Below, one piece after another: positions 34,719 to 36,503 of a DNA stretch of 36,503 nt. The DNA is from a virus (taxonomy: Duplodnaviria > Caudoviricetes), in the IMG/VR virus record IMGVR_UViG_3300008255_000075, positions 1 through 36,503 of that record; one strand, 5' to 3'. Under the pieces are notes generated by a model that had not been told where the DNA came from, made no database searches, and worked only from the letters and a program-made list of their open reading frames with translations. The position numbers and the translations under genes were made by a program. How positions within the stretch are numbered: position 1 is the stretch's first letter; the number at the start of each line of letters is the position of its first letter.

Positions 34719-35657
34719 ATGCCAAACTTTAAGACAGGGCTAATACTAGAACAACCCAAAGTATCCGATTGGGTAGTCGGGGGATTTACTCCTTTAGGTT
34801 CTAAGATTTTGAACCCTAGAGGTATTTGGATGACCCCCGACCCAGTGGAGTATCAGGCACACTGGGGGTTTGATAGAATGGCGTGCGTCTCTTATTCACT
34901 TCTTAACTGCTTAGAGGCTTTACATTATTACGGGAATGGACACTTTATCAACTTTTCAGACCGCTTCCTAGCGAGGGCTTCAGGGACTACAAAACAAGGT
35001 AATCATTTATCAGAAGTGTTTGACACCGCTCGTAATCTAGGATTGGTCACAGAAGACTATTACCCCGACACAGATTTAGGCTGGAACGAATACTACAAAG
35101 ACATCCCTAAAGAAACTTACAATAAAGCAAAGGAGTTCTTGACTGAGTGGTCATTATACAGGGAGTGGGTGGACACTCAAGATAAAGAACTTATATTTAA
35201 CAAACTATATGAAGCCCCATTACAAGTTACAGTTCTGTATTCTACTGGGAATGGTTTACTTAATCCTACTTCTAGCACAGGTGTTAAATACAATCACGCC
35301 GTAATGCTCTATGGGGCTAAGTGGAAAGAATACTGGATGATTTTTGACCACTATGAACAAGTCTATAAAAAGTATGCTTGGGACTACGAATTTGGAACTA
35401 TCTTAAAACCCAGCTTAATTAAAAAACTAAATAATTATATGTTCAAAAAAGACCACGCTTATCAATTAGTCCAAGGCGAAGGACAAAAGACAGGGCTTTA
35501 TATTGAAGATAAAGGACTTTATATCGGGGACTCAGTTGATGTCTTAGTAAACTCAGCTATGCGATTAAAAACTGATTATATCCCAACTCCCACACCCGTA
35601 ACCTTAGAGATGTGGAACTCTGTCGATAAATTTGATATGAGCGGTAATAAGCTCTAG
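34719..35657 (+). CDS. Papain-like (C1-type) cysteine peptidase
   Basis: Q..MACVSYS (Cys), FSDRFLA..GTTKQGN, NHAVMLYG (His), YWMIFDHY (Asp). Confidence 0.8.
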   Translation: MPNFKTGLILEQPKVSDWVVGGFTPLGSKILNPRGIWMTPDPVEYQAHWGFDRMACVSYSLLNCLEALHYYGNGHFINFSDRFLARASGTTKQGNHLSEVFDTARNLGLVTEDYYPDTDLGWNEYYKDIPKETYNKAKEFLTEWSLYREWVDTQDKELIFNKLYEAPLQVTVLYSTGNGLLNPTSSTGVKYNHAVMLYGAKWKEYWMIFDHYEQVYKKYAWDYEFGTILKPSLIKKLNNYMFKKDHAYQLVQGEGQKTGLYIEDKGLYIGDSVDVLVNSAMRLKTDYIPTPTPVTLEMWNSVDKFDMSGNKL

Positions 35658-35673
35658 GACTGCCTAGGATAAT

Positions 35674-35715
35674 AAAAAAGAATACAGTAGTATATTTTAC
35701 CGTGTTCTTTTGTTT
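35674..35715. terminator. Probable bidirectional terminator between the convergent arms
   Basis: A-tract, AAGAATAC..GTGTTCTT hairpin, T-rich tail. Confidence 0.55.
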
Positions 35716-35752
35716 CGTGTAACCTTGACCCCTCTGGAGGCCTAATTTTTAG

Positions 35753-36064
35753 CTATTCTTTAACTCCATCAATTAAATCAGCAATGTAACCTGCGATGAC
35801 TAGACCATAACCCTTGAAGACTAGAGTTTTAATCTTAGAAGCGTCTTCAACACTTAATTCCAATGCGTCCTTAGTCCCGTTGACTTTCTTGGCCAAGACC
35901 CAGCGGTTCATCTTTTCTACATTATCCAGTCCTTTCTCGTCTTCAAAACTGGAGCAGAGAGCGTTGACCATTATCGTTTTAACTGTAATCACTTCAGCTT
36001 TTTCGTTTTTAATAGGCTCGCCATCTAAAGTCTTAATGACTTCATTTACACTTAGTTTAATCAT
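35753..36064 (-). CDS. Conserved-type phage hypothetical protein
   Basis: IKTLDGEPI..VNAL..EKMNRWVLAKK..ELSVEDASKIK; last gene of the minus arm. Confidence 0.75.
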   Translation of the reverse strand: MIKLSVNEVIKTLDGEPIKNEKAEVITVKTIMVNALCSSFEDEKGLDNVEKMNRWVLAKKVNGTKDALELSVEDASKIKTLVFKGYGLVIAGYIADLIDGVKE

Positions 36065-36380
36065 ACTTTTATTTTATCTGTGCCTTAATGACACTATTAC
36101 TATTATTACTCGGCTCTTTTTCTAATAAAGCCTGTAAGTCTAAGTCTTTAGGGACTTTAACTAATAAAAGGCTTTCAATGTGCCTCAACCTGTCTTGGAT
36201 ATCATAGAGTAAGTCTTTGATGTGTTCAGTGTTGTCCATAATTTTATCTTAAAATAATAATAGCTAAAACTACCCATTGAAGCCAAACGTGAGCTTCTAA
36301 AAATTTGATTGGTGACATATTATTTATTTAATTTTAATCTTTTAACTAATTCTCGCCTCAACACCCTAAAAAGATATTCA

Positions 36381-36503
36381 ACAAAATAAGCCTCAAATTC
36401 TCTTTCGTCTTCTATTAAGCAAGCCTTAAACTTTTCTTGTTTTATATGGATTATTTCGTGAAGTAAGGTATCTAAACATTCCCAACTATTATCGTGTTTT
36501 TTA
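36381..36503. repeat. Terminal direct repeat, right copy
   Basis: Identical to 1-123; an ORF reads through the join. Confidence 0.97.

Noticed and set aside
11829-35657. Stop-codon reassignment
   Set aside because: Genes are full length and tightly packed in code 11; TAA, TAG and TGA all terminate genes.

Overview
The window is an apparently complete, circularly assembled ~36.4 kb tailed-phage genome. Bases 1-123 repeat exactly at 36381-36503, and a HEXXH ORF reads across that join. It has two divergent arms that meet at back-to-back sigma70 promoters near 10.7 kb. The minus arm carries a lambda O-like initiator with internal iterons, DnaB, an ERF recombinase, an SSB-like protein, NinB- and NinG-like proteins, a DnaQ-like exonuclease and many small ORFs. 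The plus arm is podovirus-like: TerS, TerL, portal, scaffold, major capsid, adaptor, nozzle, three probable ejection proteins, tail fibre, holin-like genes and a papain-like peptidase. I found no integrase, DNA polymerase or classical endolysin. Two features stand out. (1) The capsid gene is split after codon 12 by a 1495-nt group I intron (16920-18414) whose core can be read in full. It carries two different endonuclease ORFs in separate loops: a LAGLIDADG in L7.1 and an HNH-like ORF with its own promoter in L8. (2) A minus-strand cluster of structured non-coding elements lies at about 2.5-4.2 kb. It includes two apparently homologous tRNA-shaped RNAs with long closing stems and no normal anticodon arm, and these flank an Acb2/Tad1-like anti-defence gene. 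Near-absent Shine-Dalgarno motifs together with canonical sigma70 promoters suggest a Patescibacteria (CPR)-type host, which is an inference. All protein calls come from motif recognition and synteny by eye; no searches or folding programs were run.
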